A stretch of 38,868 nt of DNA from Gemmatimonadales bacterium. Lineage in GTDB: Bacteria; Gemmatimonadota; Gemmatimonadetes; Gemmatimonadales; GWC2-71-9. The notes beneath the pieces were generated by a model, which saw nothing but the letters and a program-made list of their open reading frames with translations, did no database searches and was not told the origin of the DNA. The DNA lies in NCBI GenBank assembly GCA_013812695.1, contig JACCSZ010000180.1, positions 1 through 38,868 on the forward strand, given 5' to 3'. A program made the position numbers and the translations under genes. Positions 21,552 to 32,460 of the stretch are shown piece by piece (position 1 is the first letter of the stretch; each line of letters begins with the position of its first letter).

Positions 21552-21821
21552 ATGAAAAATCTCCCGGCCACCGAGGTACGCCTGGCGGACTTCAAAGCGC
21601 GCCTGAGCGCCTACCTCCGGCGCGTCCGCGGGGGGCAGGTGCTCACCCTGCTCAACCGTGATACGCCAGTGGCCCGCGTGCTCCCGTGGGAGCCGAGCTC
21701 GACCGCGCTCCCCGTCCGGCCGCCGGTTCGCCGGCTCCGGGAGGTGGCCCTCCCCCGCCCATCGACCAGCGGCACGGACAGCCTCGCTGCGCTGCTCGAG
21801 GAGCGTCAGCGCGGTCTGTGA
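21552..21821 (+). CDS. Type II antitoxin, Phd/YefM family
   Basis: EVRLADFKARLSAYLRRVRGG...RDTPVARVLP; acidic C-terminus SLAALLEER; GTGA overlap with the PIN gene. Confidence 0.85.
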   Translation: MKNLPATEVRLADFKARLSAYLRRVRGGQVLTLLNRDTPVARVLPWEPSSTALPVRPPVRRLREVALPRPSTSGTDSLAALLEERQRGL

Positions 21822-22237
21822 TCGCGTACCTCGACTCGTCGGTCCTGCTGCGGGTTGCCTTGGGGGAACCAGGCCGGCTCGCGGAGTGGGAGACCATCGA
21901 GGACGGTGTGACGAGCGCACTGGCGGAGGTGGAATGCCTGCGCACCCTCGATCGCCTGCGCCTGCGCGGGGCCCTAAGCGACCCGGAGCTGGCGATTGGG
22001 CGGCGGGCGGTGTGGCAGATGCTCGAGGCGCTCGAACTCGTGCAACTCGCTCCCCCCGTCCTGCGCCGGGCCGCCGATCCGTTCCCGACGCCACTCGGCA
22101 CCCTGGACGCGCTGCACCTGGCGACTGCGTTGGCCTGGCGGGAGGAGCGCGGGACCGTCCTCGTGCTCGCCACCCACGACGCCGAGCTCGGTGTGGCCGC
22201 TGCTGCGTGCGGGCTCGACGTGATCGGTGTGACGTAG
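21818..22237 (+). CDS. vapC: Type II toxin, VapC/PIN-domain ribonuclease
   Basis: IAYLDSSVLL, AEVEC, LGTLDALHLATAL, LATHDAEL provide the acidic PIN residues. Confidence 0.88.
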   Translation: MIAYLDSSVLLRVALGEPGRLAEWETIEDGVTSALAEVECLRTLDRLRLRGALSDPELAIGRRAVWQMLEALELVQLAPPVLRRAADPFPTPLGTLDALHLATALAWREERGTVLVLATHDAELGVAAAACGLDVIGVT

Positions 22238-22260
22238 CCTCGTGGCGCCGTTCCACCCAC

Positions 22261-23868
22261 TCATCGCCCCGCAAACTCCTCGTACCGGCGCGCCTCCTCC
22301 ACCACCCGCGCTTCGTCCCACCCCCGCTCCCGCGCCATCAGCTCCGCCACGCGCCGCGCCGCCTGCACCCCGCGGTCCGGCGCCTCGTAGTACAGATGCG
22401 TGCGCCGCACCATCACGTCCTCCACCGTCTGCGCCATCTCGCGCCGCACGGCATGCACCACCTCGGCTTCGATCGCCGGATGCGGCACCGCGAGCCGGCG
22501 GAGCAACCGGCGCTCGCCGGCGCCGAGGTTGAAGATGCCGGCGGACTCGGTGCCGTAATGGCGAAGGAGGTGCTCCACGCTGTCGGGCGCGACGCCCAGC
22601 TCGAGTCCCTGTTGCCGGAATTGGGTCAGGTCCGCGGCCTCGCCGCCGGGAAGCGGCTCCTCGTCGGTGCGGGGGGCTTCCGAGCGCGGGCGGCCGTCCC
22701 GGAAGCGTAGCTCACGCGCGGCCCGATCCACGACCTCCGCCGCCATCGAGCGGTAGGTCGTGAGCTTCCCGCCCACCACCGTGATCATCCCGCCGGCGCC
22801 GTACACGATCGCGTGCTCGCGCGAACGGCTCGACGCCGCCTTCCGCTCCTTGTCGGCCACCATCGGCCGCAGCCCGGCCCACGACGCCCGCACGTCCTCG
22901 ACGCTGAGCCGGGCGTTCGGAAAGCGGGCGTTGGCCGAGCGCAGGAGGTAGACGATGTCGTCCGCCGAGACGGTGAGCCGGTCGGGCGGCTCGGTCGTAT
23001 CGGTGTCGGTGGTGCCGATATAGGAGAGCTGGCCCCACGGAAGGATGAACAGCACCCGGCCGTCGATCGGGCTGGTGAAGATGATCGCCGCGCGATGGTC
23101 CAGCCGGCTCCGGTCGACCACGATGTGCACACCCTTGGTGGGTTGGAGCAGCGGCACGGCGCCGCCATCCTCCAGCACCCGGAGCTTGTCGGCCCAGGGC
23201 CCGGTGGCGTTCACGACGACGCTGGCCCGGAGCACGGCGCGCGCGCCGGTGAGCCGGTCCTCGAGCTGGGCGCCGACCACCCGCCCGGCGGTGCGCTCGA
23301 GTGCCCGGACCGCAGTATAGTTGGCCACCAGCGCGCCGTGGTGCACCGCGGAGCGGACCGTGGCCAGCGTCAGCCGGGCATCGTCGCACTGGGCGTCAAA
23401 GAACCGGGCGCCGCCGAGCAGGCCGCGCTCGCGCAGCATCGGCTCGGCCTCCAGCAGAGCCCGCTTGCCCAGCATCCGGTGCGTTTGCACATTCCGGAAC
23501 AGGGCGAGCGCATCGTACAGCCACATCCCCGCGGCCAGCCGCCAGAGCGCGATCCGGTCGCCGCGGTGCAGCGGAAACACGAACGCCAGCGGCCAGACCA
23601 GGTGAGGCGCGATCCGCAGCAGCGTCCGGCGCTCGCGATTGGCCTCGAGCACCAGCTTGAGGTCGCCGGTCTCGAGGTAGCGGAGCCCGCCGTGCACCAG
23701 CCGGCTCGAGCGCGAGCTGGTGCCGGCACCGAAATCCTGCTGCTCGACCAGCACCGTACGCATCCCGCGCATCGCCGCGTCGCGCGCCACCCCGGCGCCG
23801 GTGATGCCGCCCCCAATGACGAGCAGGTCGGCGGGCTGGGCCGCGATCTGATCGAGCGTGGCCCGCAC
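22261..23868 (-). CDS. glpD: FAD-dependent glycerol-3-phosphate dehydrogenase
   Basis: LLVIGGGITGAGVARDAA, GTSSRSSRLVHGGLRYLE, DDARL, VNATGPW, IGTTD, WAGLRP, GGKLTTYR. The GTG start at 23868 has SD GGGAG but is approximate. Confidence 0.92.
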   Translation of the reverse strand: MRATLDQIAAQPADLLVIGGGITGAGVARDAAMRGMRTVLVEQQDFGAGTSSRSSRLVHGGLRYLETGDLKLVLEANRERRTLLRIAPHLVWPLAFVFPLHRGDRIALWRLAAGMWLYDALALFRNVQTHRMLGKRALLEAEPMLRERGLLGGARFFDAQCDDARLTLATVRSAVHHGALVANYTAVRALERTAGRVVGAQLEDRLTGARAVLRASVVVNATGPWADKLRVLEDGGAVPLLQPTKGVHIVVDRSRLDHRAAIIFTSPIDGRVLFILPWGQLSYIGTTDTDTTEPPDRLTVSADDIVYLLRSANARFPNARLSVEDVRASWAGLRPMVADKERKAASSRSREHAIVYGAGGMITVVGGKLTTYRSMAAEVVDRAARELRFRDGRPRSEAPRTDEEPLPGGEAADLTQFRQQGLELGVAPDSVEHLLRHYGTESAGIFNLGAGERRLLRRLAVPHPAIEAEVVHAVRREMAQTVEDVMVRRTHLYYEAPDRGVQAARRVAELMARERGWDEARVVEEARRYEEFAGR

Positions 23869-23883
23869 CGAGGATCGACTCCC

Positions 23884-24429
23884 GTGAGCCTGTCGCCCGC
23901 TCCCCGCCTGTCCCGCCCCAGCACCTGGTTTCTCTGGCACGCTCATCGGATCCGGCCCGGGATGCGGGTGCTCGATCTGGCCTGCGGCGAGGGACGCCAT
24001 GCGCTGGCCGCGGCGATGCTCGGCGCGGAAGCCGTGGGGGTCGATCGCGACGAAACGCGGCTGGCCACGGCGCGCGAGCTCGCGGCCACGCACGACCTGA
24101 GCGCTGAGTGGCGGGTCGTGGACCTCGAGGAGTCCTGGCCCGACCTCGGACGTTTTGATGCGGTTCTGCTCTTCAACTATCTTGACCGTGCGCGGATGCC
24201 GGCGGTTCGCGAGCTCGTGGCGCCCGGCGGGCTCCTGCTGATGGAAACGTTTCTGCTCGCCCAGCGCGCCCAAGGCTGGGGGCCCGCCTCTGAGGACCAT
24301 CTGCTGCGCCCGGGCGAGCTGGCCCGGCTCGCGGCCCCGCTCCGGATCGTGTACGGCCGCGAAGTGCTCGAGCCGGTGGATGCCGAGCGGTGGCGTGCGG
24401 TGGCGAGCGTGGTGGCCCAGCGAGAGTGA
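23884..24429 (+). CDS. Class I SAM-dependent methyltransferase (TehB-like, small)
   Basis: PSTWF...RVLDLACGEGRHAL, GVDRD, FDAVLLFNYLDR, PGGLLLMETF, LLRPGEL. It is the C-terminal part of track ORF 22813-24429. Confidence 0.8.
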   Translation: MSLSPAPRLSRPSTWFLWHAHRIRPGMRVLDLACGEGRHALAAAMLGAEAVGVDRDETRLATARELAATHDLSAEWRVVDLEESWPDLGRFDAVLLFNYLDRARMPAVRELVAPGGLLLMETFLLAQRAQGWGPASEDHLLRPGELARLAAPLRIVYGREVLEPVDAERWRAVASVVAQRE

Positions 24430-24462
24430 AAGGTAAAACGTCCGAGGTGAGAGGTAAGACGC

Positions 24463-24542
24463 GCAGCGAGTCATCCTGAGCGCAGCGAAGGAGCCATGCC
24501 GTGGGTTTCGGCTCCTTCGCGGTGCTCAGGATGGCTCGCTGC
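24463..24542. repeat. REP-like palindromic element, copy 3, inside a larger degenerate inverted repeat
   Basis: GCAGCGAGTCATCCTGAGCGCAGCGAAGGAGCC...GGCTCCTTCGCGGTGCTCAGGATGGCTCGCTGC, flanked by GGTGAGAGGTAAG / CTCACCTCTCACC. Confidence 0.82.
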
Positions 24543-24585
24543 TCACCTCTCACCGCTTGGCTCTCACCTTCACCAACAGGCATAC

Positions 24586-25880
24586 ATGCACGACTCCCGG
24601 CCCGGGCGGCGGGTGGCCATCGTGGCCGGCCTCCGGACGCCGTTCGCCAAGAGCGGCACCATCTTTCGCGACGTGAGTGCGACGGCCCTGGCACGCCACG
24701 CCGCGCGCGAGCTGCTGGTCCGGAGCGAGCTCGACGGGCACGAAATCGACGAGGTGATCTTCGGCCAGGTGGTCCCGTCGGTCAAGGTGCCCAACGTGGC
24801 GCGAGAGGTGAGCCTGCTGCCGCAGCTCCTGCCCAGCGTGCCGGCGTACTCGCTCAATCGCGCCTGCGCCTCGGCCGCCCAGGCCATCACCAACGCCGCC
24901 GACCAGATCGCCCTCGGCCACGCCGACACCGTGCTCGCGGGTGGCGTCGAGTCCCTCTCCGACATTCCCGTGCTGCACTCGCGCCGCTTCAGCCAGATCA
25001 TGGTCGATGCGGGGAAGGCCCGAAGCTTCGGCGCCCGGATCGGCGCGCTCGCCCGCGCGCGCCCGCGCGACCTCGTGCCCGTCACCCCCGCCGTCGCCGA
25101 ACCCTCGACCGGCGAGACGATGGGACAGTCGGCCGAAAAGATGGCCAAGGAAAACGGGATCACGCGCGAGGCGCAGGACCGCCTGGCCCTCATGAGCCAC
25201 CAGCGCGCCGCCGGCGCCACCGCCGACGGCCGGCTCACGGCCGAGATCGCACCGTGGTTCGGCGGGCCGCAGATGGACAAGATCGTCAACGCCGACAACG
25301 GCGTGCGTGCCGACACCTCGCTCGAGGCGCTGGCCCAGCTCCGCCCGGTGTTCGACCGCCGCTACGGCTCGGTCACCGCGGGGAACGCGTCGCCACTCAC
25401 CGACGGGGCAGCCGCGGTCCTGCTGATGGCCGAGGAAAAGGCCGCGGCGCTGGGCTACGAGCCGCTCGCCTATCTCCGGAGCTACGCCGTGGCCGCGGTG
25501 GATCCGGCGTGGCAACTGCTGATGGGCCCGGCCTACGCCGTGCCCCGCGCGCTCGAGCGCGCCGGCATCACGTGGAGCGAGCTCGGCCTGGTCGAGATCC
25601 ACGAAGCGTTCGCGGCGCAGGTGCTCTCGAACGTACAGGCGTGGGGCTCGACGGCGTGGGCCGAGCGGCTGGGGCTGCCCGCTCCCGTCGGCGAGGTGGA
25701 CTGGGATTGCACCAACGTGATGGGCGGGTCGATCGCGGTGGGGCATCCGTTCGGCGCCACCGGTGCCCGGCTCGTCACCACGCTCGCGCACGAGATGCGC
25801 CGGCGCGATGTCGCGCTCGGCCTCATCTCGATCTGCGCGCAGGGCGGGATGGGGTACGCGCTCGTGCTGGAGCGCGATTA

Positions 25881-25881
<1 letters not shown>
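24586..25881 (+). CDS. fadI: 3-ketoacyl-CoA thiolase (FadI type)
   Basis: AGLRTPF, NRACASA (catalytic Cys), TAGNASPLTDGAAA, HEAFAAQ, GHPFGATGAR, ICAQGG. Confidence 0.9.
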
Positions 25882-28010
<2,129 letters not shown>

Positions 28011-28035
28011 CCGGCCCGGCGGACGCGCTCGCCGC

Positions 28036-28887
28036 ATGGCCATCACCTTCCTTACGGCGTTCGCGGCCCTCTACCTCGGCCTGCTCCTCGTACTCCGCCT
28101 GTCGGAGGCCCGGTTGCTCTACGCGCCTGGGGCGAGGATGCTGGCGCCGCCACCACCGGCGCTCGGCCTTGCGCCCGAGCGGGTCGAGATCCCGAGCACC
28201 GACGGCGTGACGCTCGTGGCGTGGATCATCCGGGCGCCGCGTCCGGATGCCGCGGACCGCTGGCTGCTCATCTGCCACGGGAACGCGGGAAACCTCTCCG
28301 GCCCCGGGCGGCCGGACCACTACGCCGGGCTCCGCGCGCTGGGGCTCAACCTGCTGGCCTTCGACTACCGAGGGTACGGCGAGAGCGGCGGGCGGCCCGC
28401 GGAGCGCGGACTCTATGACGACGCCGAGGCGGCCTACCGGTATCTCCGTGAGACCGCCCACGTGCCGGCCGAGCGCATCGTGGTCTTCGGACATTCGCTC
28501 GGCTCGGCCGTGGCGGTCGAGCTGGCCACCCGGGCGCCGGCCGCCGGGCTGGTGCTGGACGGCGCGCTCGCATCGGTCGTGGCGCGGGCGCAGGAGGTCT
28601 ACCGGTACGTGCCGGTCCGGTGGATCGCGCGGAGCCGGTTCGCGTCCATCGAAAAGATCGTGCGGCTCCGGGTGCCCAAGCTGTTCCTGCACGCGCGTGC
28701 CGACGAGGTGATCCCGATCGCACACGGGCGGCGGCTGTTTGACGCGGCGCCGCCACCCAAGACGTTCGTCGCCCTGGCGGGCGGTCACGGGGACGCGTTC
28801 CAAGTGGACTCGGCGGTGTACTTCGGCGCGATCGCGCGGTTCCTGGGTGAGCTTACGCCGGCTGGGCCCGGTCACCCTGAGCCCTGA
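28036..28887 (+). CDS. Membrane-anchored alpha/beta hydrolase (ABHD13/17-like)
   Basis: N-terminal TM, HGNAGN, FDYRGYGES, GHSLG nucleophile, DEVIP, GGH. Confidence 0.88.
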   Translation: MAITFLTAFAALYLGLLLVLRLSEARLLYAPGARMLAPPPPALGLAPERVEIPSTDGVTLVAWIIRAPRPDAADRWLLICHGNAGNLSGPGRPDHYAGLRALGLNLLAFDYRGYGESGGRPAERGLYDDAEAAYRYLRETAHVPAERIVVFGHSLGSAVAVELATRAPAAGLVLDGALASVVARAQEVYRYVPVRWIARSRFASIEKIVRLRVPKLFLHARADEVIPIAHGRRLFDAAPPPKTFVALAGGHGDAFQVDSAVYFGAIARFLGELTPAGPGHPEP

Positions 28888-28967
28888 GCGGAAGGGTTGT
28901 TCGTCACGCTTTCTACCTTCCGCTCGTAGAGGGAGGACAGCTTCCTTCCGCGATCCAGGAGTCGGCC

Positions 28968-29495
28968 ATGTCGTCCCGGCACACCTCGTCCGCATTCGCA
29001 TTACTCCTTCCGCTGGCATTTCTGCCGAGTCCGCTGGTTGGCCAGAACACCCCTCCTCCCGGCCGATCGTGCGCCGCCGCCGAATATCACCAGTTCGATT
29101 TCTGGATCGGCCGATGGGACGTGACCTTGCCGAACGACAAGCGGGCCGGCTTCAATCGGATCGAGCCGATCCTCGGCGGCTGCGCGCTGCGTGAGACCTG
29201 GTCGGGGGCGGGAGGCAGCGATGGGACGAGCTACAACGCCTACGACGCCAGCCGCCGGCGCTGGCACCAGACCTGGGTGGACAACCAGGGAAACCTCCTG
29301 CTCCTGGAGGGCGGCTTCGCCAACGGTCGAATGACCTTGGAGGGCGAAACGCTCGACAGTACGGGCCAGGCACGGCGGCAGCGAATCGTGTGGCAGCAAA
29401 CGTCGCCGGGACACGTCCGCCAGCTCTGGGAGACGTCGGGCGACGGCGGCGCTACCTGGACCACGGCGTTCGATGGGCGCTACGTGAAGCGGTGA
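28968..29495 (+). CDS. Secreted hypothetical protein (DUF1579-like beta-barrel)
   Basis: SD AGGAG, signal peptide, QFDFWIGRWDV, WHQTWVDNQG, SGDGGATW...FDGRY. Confidence 0.7.
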   Translation: MSSRHTSSAFALLLPLAFLPSPLVGQNTPPPGRSCAAAEYHQFDFWIGRWDVTLPNDKRAGFNRIEPILGGCALRETWSGAGGSDGTSYNAYDASRRRWHQTWVDNQGNLLLLEGGFANGRMTLEGETLDSTGQARRQRIVWQQTSPGHVRQLWETSGDGGATWTTAFDGRYVKR

Positions 29496-29601
29496 CTCTG
29501 CGCCTCCGCCTGGTCGCGCGCGGCTTGTGCATCGGCGGGCGAACGGTTCCCTTGCAGGCACACCGTTGCCACTACTCGCGACGCCCGAACCCGAGCCCGT
29601 C

Positions 29602-31857
29602 GTGTCCGATATCGCCACCCGATTGCGCACCGCCCTCGGCGACCGCTATGTGATCGAGCACGAGATCGGCCGGGGCGGCGCGGCCACGGTCTTTCTGGCC
29701 GAGGACGTCAAGCTCGCCCGCAAGGTGGCCATCAAGGTGCTCCGGCCCGGCACGTCCGCCGGATACGAGCCGCAGCGCTTCCTGCGCGAGATCCGCATCG
29801 CCGCCCGCCTGGCCCATCCCCAGATCCTGCCGCTCCACGACTCGGGTGAGTGCGAGGGGCTCCTGTACTTCGTCATGCCGTACGCGGGGTGTGAGAGCCT
29901 GCGTGACCGGCTCGAGCGCGAGGGGCCGCTGCCGGTGGACGTCGCGCTTCGGATCACCGGCGCGGTGGCGGGCGCGCTGGCCTATGCGCACCGCCTGAAC
30001 GTCATCCACCGCGACATCAAGCCCGAGAACATCCTGTTGCAGGAGGGCGAGCCGGTCGTCGCCGACTTCGGCGTCGCGACGGCCATGTCGGCGGCGGCCG
30101 GCGAGAGCGTGTACATCACCGACCACGGCTTCGCCGTCGGCACGCCGGCCTACATGAGCCCCGAGCAGGCCAGCGCCGAAAGCGGCCTCGACGGACGCAC
30201 CGACCAGTACAGCCTGGCGTGCGTGCTCTACGAGATGCTGGCGGGCGAGCCGCCGTTCGCGGGCACCGGCCCGCGGGCCACCATGGCGCGGCACGCCATC
30301 GAGCCCCCGGAGCCGATCCGGTCCCGGCGGCCCGCGGTGCCGGTGGCCGTCGAGCTGGCCCTGCGGCGGGCGCTCGCCAAGTCGCCGGCGGAGCGGTTTC
30401 CGGGCATGCCCGAGTTCGTGGCTGCTCTCTCCGAGCCCAGCGTCGACGTGGCCGCGGCCGCCGCATACGCCGGGAGCGATGTCCGGGCGATCGCGGTCCT
30501 GCCGTTCGTCAATGTCAGCGCGGATCCGGAGAATGAATACTTCAGCGACGGGATCACCGAGGAGCTGATCACCGCGCTCAGCAAGGTCGAGGGGCTGCAC
30601 GTCGCGTCGCGAACCTCGGTCTTCGCGCTCAAGGGCGCGCGCGAGGACGTGCGCACTCTCGGGGCGCGCCTCGACGTGAGCACCGTGCTCGACGGGTCGG
30701 TACGGCGCGCGGGCCACCGGCTCCGTATCACCGCGCAGCTCACGAGCGTGCGCGACGGACGCACGCTCTGGTCGGAGCGTTACGATCGGGAGCTGGCGGA
30801 CGTCTTCGCGATTCAGGACGAGATCTCCCGGACCATCGTCGACACGCTTCGGGCCACGCTGCTCCAGGACCTCGGCGATCCGACCCCGGTGCGGTACCGG
30901 GCGAACCTGCGGGCGTACACCCTGTACCTCAAGGGGCGCTACTCGTGGAACCGGCGGACCCAGTCGGCGATCGCCGAGGGCATCCGGTACTTCGAGGCCG
31001 CCATCACCGAGGACGCCGGCTACGCCCTCGCCTACACCGGCCTCGCCGATTCGTACGCGCTGCAGATCGACTACCGCGGCGCGCCCGTCCAGGAGGGGCT
31101 CGAGCGCGCCCGCGCCGAGGCGGCGCGCGCGCTCGCGCTCGACGACACGCTCGCCGAGGCGCACACCTCGCTCGCGTGGGTGACGTTCATCTACGACTGG
31201 GACTGGCCGGCCGCCGCCCGGCACTTCCGGCGCGCGCTCGACCTCAACCCGCGCTATTCGGTGGCGCGGCAGTGGCACGCGTGGTTCCAGACCGCGATGG
31301 GACAGACCGAGCTGGCGCTCGCGGAAGGCCGGCAGGCGATCGCGCTCGATCCGGCCTCGGTGTCGATCCGCCGGAGCATGGGCTGGCTCCATTACTACGC
31401 CCGGCAGCCGGAGCAGGCGCTGGACCAGCTGCGGCGCGCGCTGGCCATGAACCCCACGGCCGAGGAGACCCACCGGCTGCTCGGGCTGGCGTACGCCCAG
31501 GTGCGGCAGTGGGACGAAGCGGCCGCGGCGTTCCGCGAGGCCGCCGGCGTGTCCGAGGCTCCCGAGCTGGCTCTCGCGGGGCAGGGCGCCGTCGCCGCGG
31601 CGCGCGGGCGGAGTGAGGAGGCGCGCGCCATCCTCGCGGACATCGAAGCGCGGCGCCGCGAGCAGTACGTGTCGCCGGTGGCGTTCGTCATGCTGCACGC
31701 CGCGCTCGGCGATGCCGATCGGGCGTTCGTCTGGCTCGATCGCGCCTTTGCCGAGCGGCGCGGGTGGCTCGCCTACCTGAACGTCGAGCCGATGCTCGAC
31801 GGCCTGCGCGGCGATCCGCGGTTCCGGCGGCTGCAGGAGCGGATGCGGCTGGTGTAG
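29602..31857 (+). CDS. Hanks-type Ser/Thr protein kinase with TolB-N-like domain and TPR repeats
   Basis: IGRGGAATV, VAIK, HRDIKPEN, DFG, GTPAYMSPEQ, then IAVLPFVNVSAD..NEYFSDGITEE and TPR helices ending GDPRF. Start is approximate. Confidence 0.9.
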   Translation: MSDIATRLRTALGDRYVIEHEIGRGGAATVFLAEDVKLARKVAIKVLRPGTSAGYEPQRFLREIRIAARLAHPQILPLHDSGECEGLLYFVMPYAGCESLRDRLEREGPLPVDVALRITGAVAGALAYAHRLNVIHRDIKPENILLQEGEPVVADFGVATAMSAAAGESVYITDHGFAVGTPAYMSPEQASAESGLDGRTDQYSLACVLYEMLAGEPPFAGTGPRATMARHAIEPPEPIRSRRPAVPVAVELALRRALAKSPAERFPGMPEFVAALSEPSVDVAAAAAYAGSDVRAIAVLPFVNVSADPENEYFSDGITEELITALSKVEGLHVASRTSVFALKGAREDVRTLGARLDVSTVLDGSVRRAGHRLRITAQLTSVRDGRTLWSERYDRELADVFAIQDEISRTIVDTLRATLLQDLGDPTPVRYRANLRAYTLYLKGRYSWNRRTQSAIAEGIRYFEAAITEDAGYALAYTGLADSYALQIDYRGAPVQEGLERARAEAARALALDDTLAEAHTSLAWVTFIYDWDWPAAARHFRRALDLNPRYSVARQWHAWFQTAMGQTELALAEGRQAIALDPASVSIRRSMGWLHYYARQPEQALDQLRRALAMNPTAEETHRLLGLAYAQVRQWDEAAAAFREAAGVSEAPELALAGQGAVAAARGRSEEARAILADIEARRREQYVSPVAFVMLHAALGDADRAFVWLDRAFAERRGWLAYLNVEPMLDGLRGDPRFRRLQERMRLV

Positions 31858-31889
31858 CCGCCCCGGCGATGGCGCGTGTAGGTTAGGTA

Positions 31890-32237
31890 ATGTACGCGAT
31901 CGTCAGTGAAGCCGACCTCAACTCGCTCCTCGCCGCGCCCCTCGCCGTGCTGTACAAGCACAGTCCGATCTGCCCCACCAGCAGCGTCGCCTACGACGAG
32001 ATGGTCGAGTTCCTCCGGCGCCGGAGCCGCGTCCCGGTGTTCCTTGTGGACGTGATCAGATACCGGCCGCTTTCACGTGCGCTGGCCGAGCGGACTGGCG
32101 TGGCGCACGCGTCGCCGCAGGCGATCATCCTGCGCGAGGGCGTCGCCGCGTGGCATGCCTCGCATTTCGAGGTTCAGGCGGAGGCGCTGGCGCGGGTGGT
32201 GGGAGACCTGGGGTTGGACGGAGGCGAGGAAGACTAG
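31890..32237 (+). CDS. ytxJ: YtxJ/BrxC-like monothiol bacilliredoxin (DUF2847, thioredoxin fold)
   Basis: YKHSPICPTS and HASPQAI motifs, WHASH. Confidence 0.8.
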   Translation: MYAIVSEADLNSLLAAPLAVLYKHSPICPTSSVAYDEMVEFLRRRSRVPVFLVDVIRYRPLSRALAERTGVAHASPQAIILREGVAAWHASHFEVQAEALARVVGDLGLDGGEED

Positions 32238-32271
32238 CCGGCGCACGCCGCGCCGTCGGCCGCGTTCGGGG

Positions 32272-32420
32272 TCAATCGCGCCCGCGCACGGCCCGCCGGA
32301 ACGCCGATGGCGAGACGCCCATCTCCCGCCGGAACAGGTTCGAGAAGTGGCTCTGGTCGGCGAACCCGGCTGCCAGCGCGATCTCGGCGAGCGAGGTGTC
32401 GGTCTCCGCCAGCGCCCGCG
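32272..32420 (-). pseudogene. Remnant: C-terminal HTH of an AraC-family regulator
   Basis: Manual translation RALAETDTSLAEIALAAGFADQSHFSNLFRREMGVSPSAFRRAVRGRD*. No start codon precedes the HTH; the frame is closed upstream by the topIB stop at 32461-63. Confidence 0.75.
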
Positions 32421-32460
32421 GGGCGGCGGAGGTGGCGGGTACGGATCGACATGACGCCGA

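Noticed and set aside
29602-31857. Kinase as pseudokinase because of the GRGGAATVF loop
   Set aside because: VAIK, HRD-x-K-x-x-N and DFG are intact, and this architecture is a common paralogue family.
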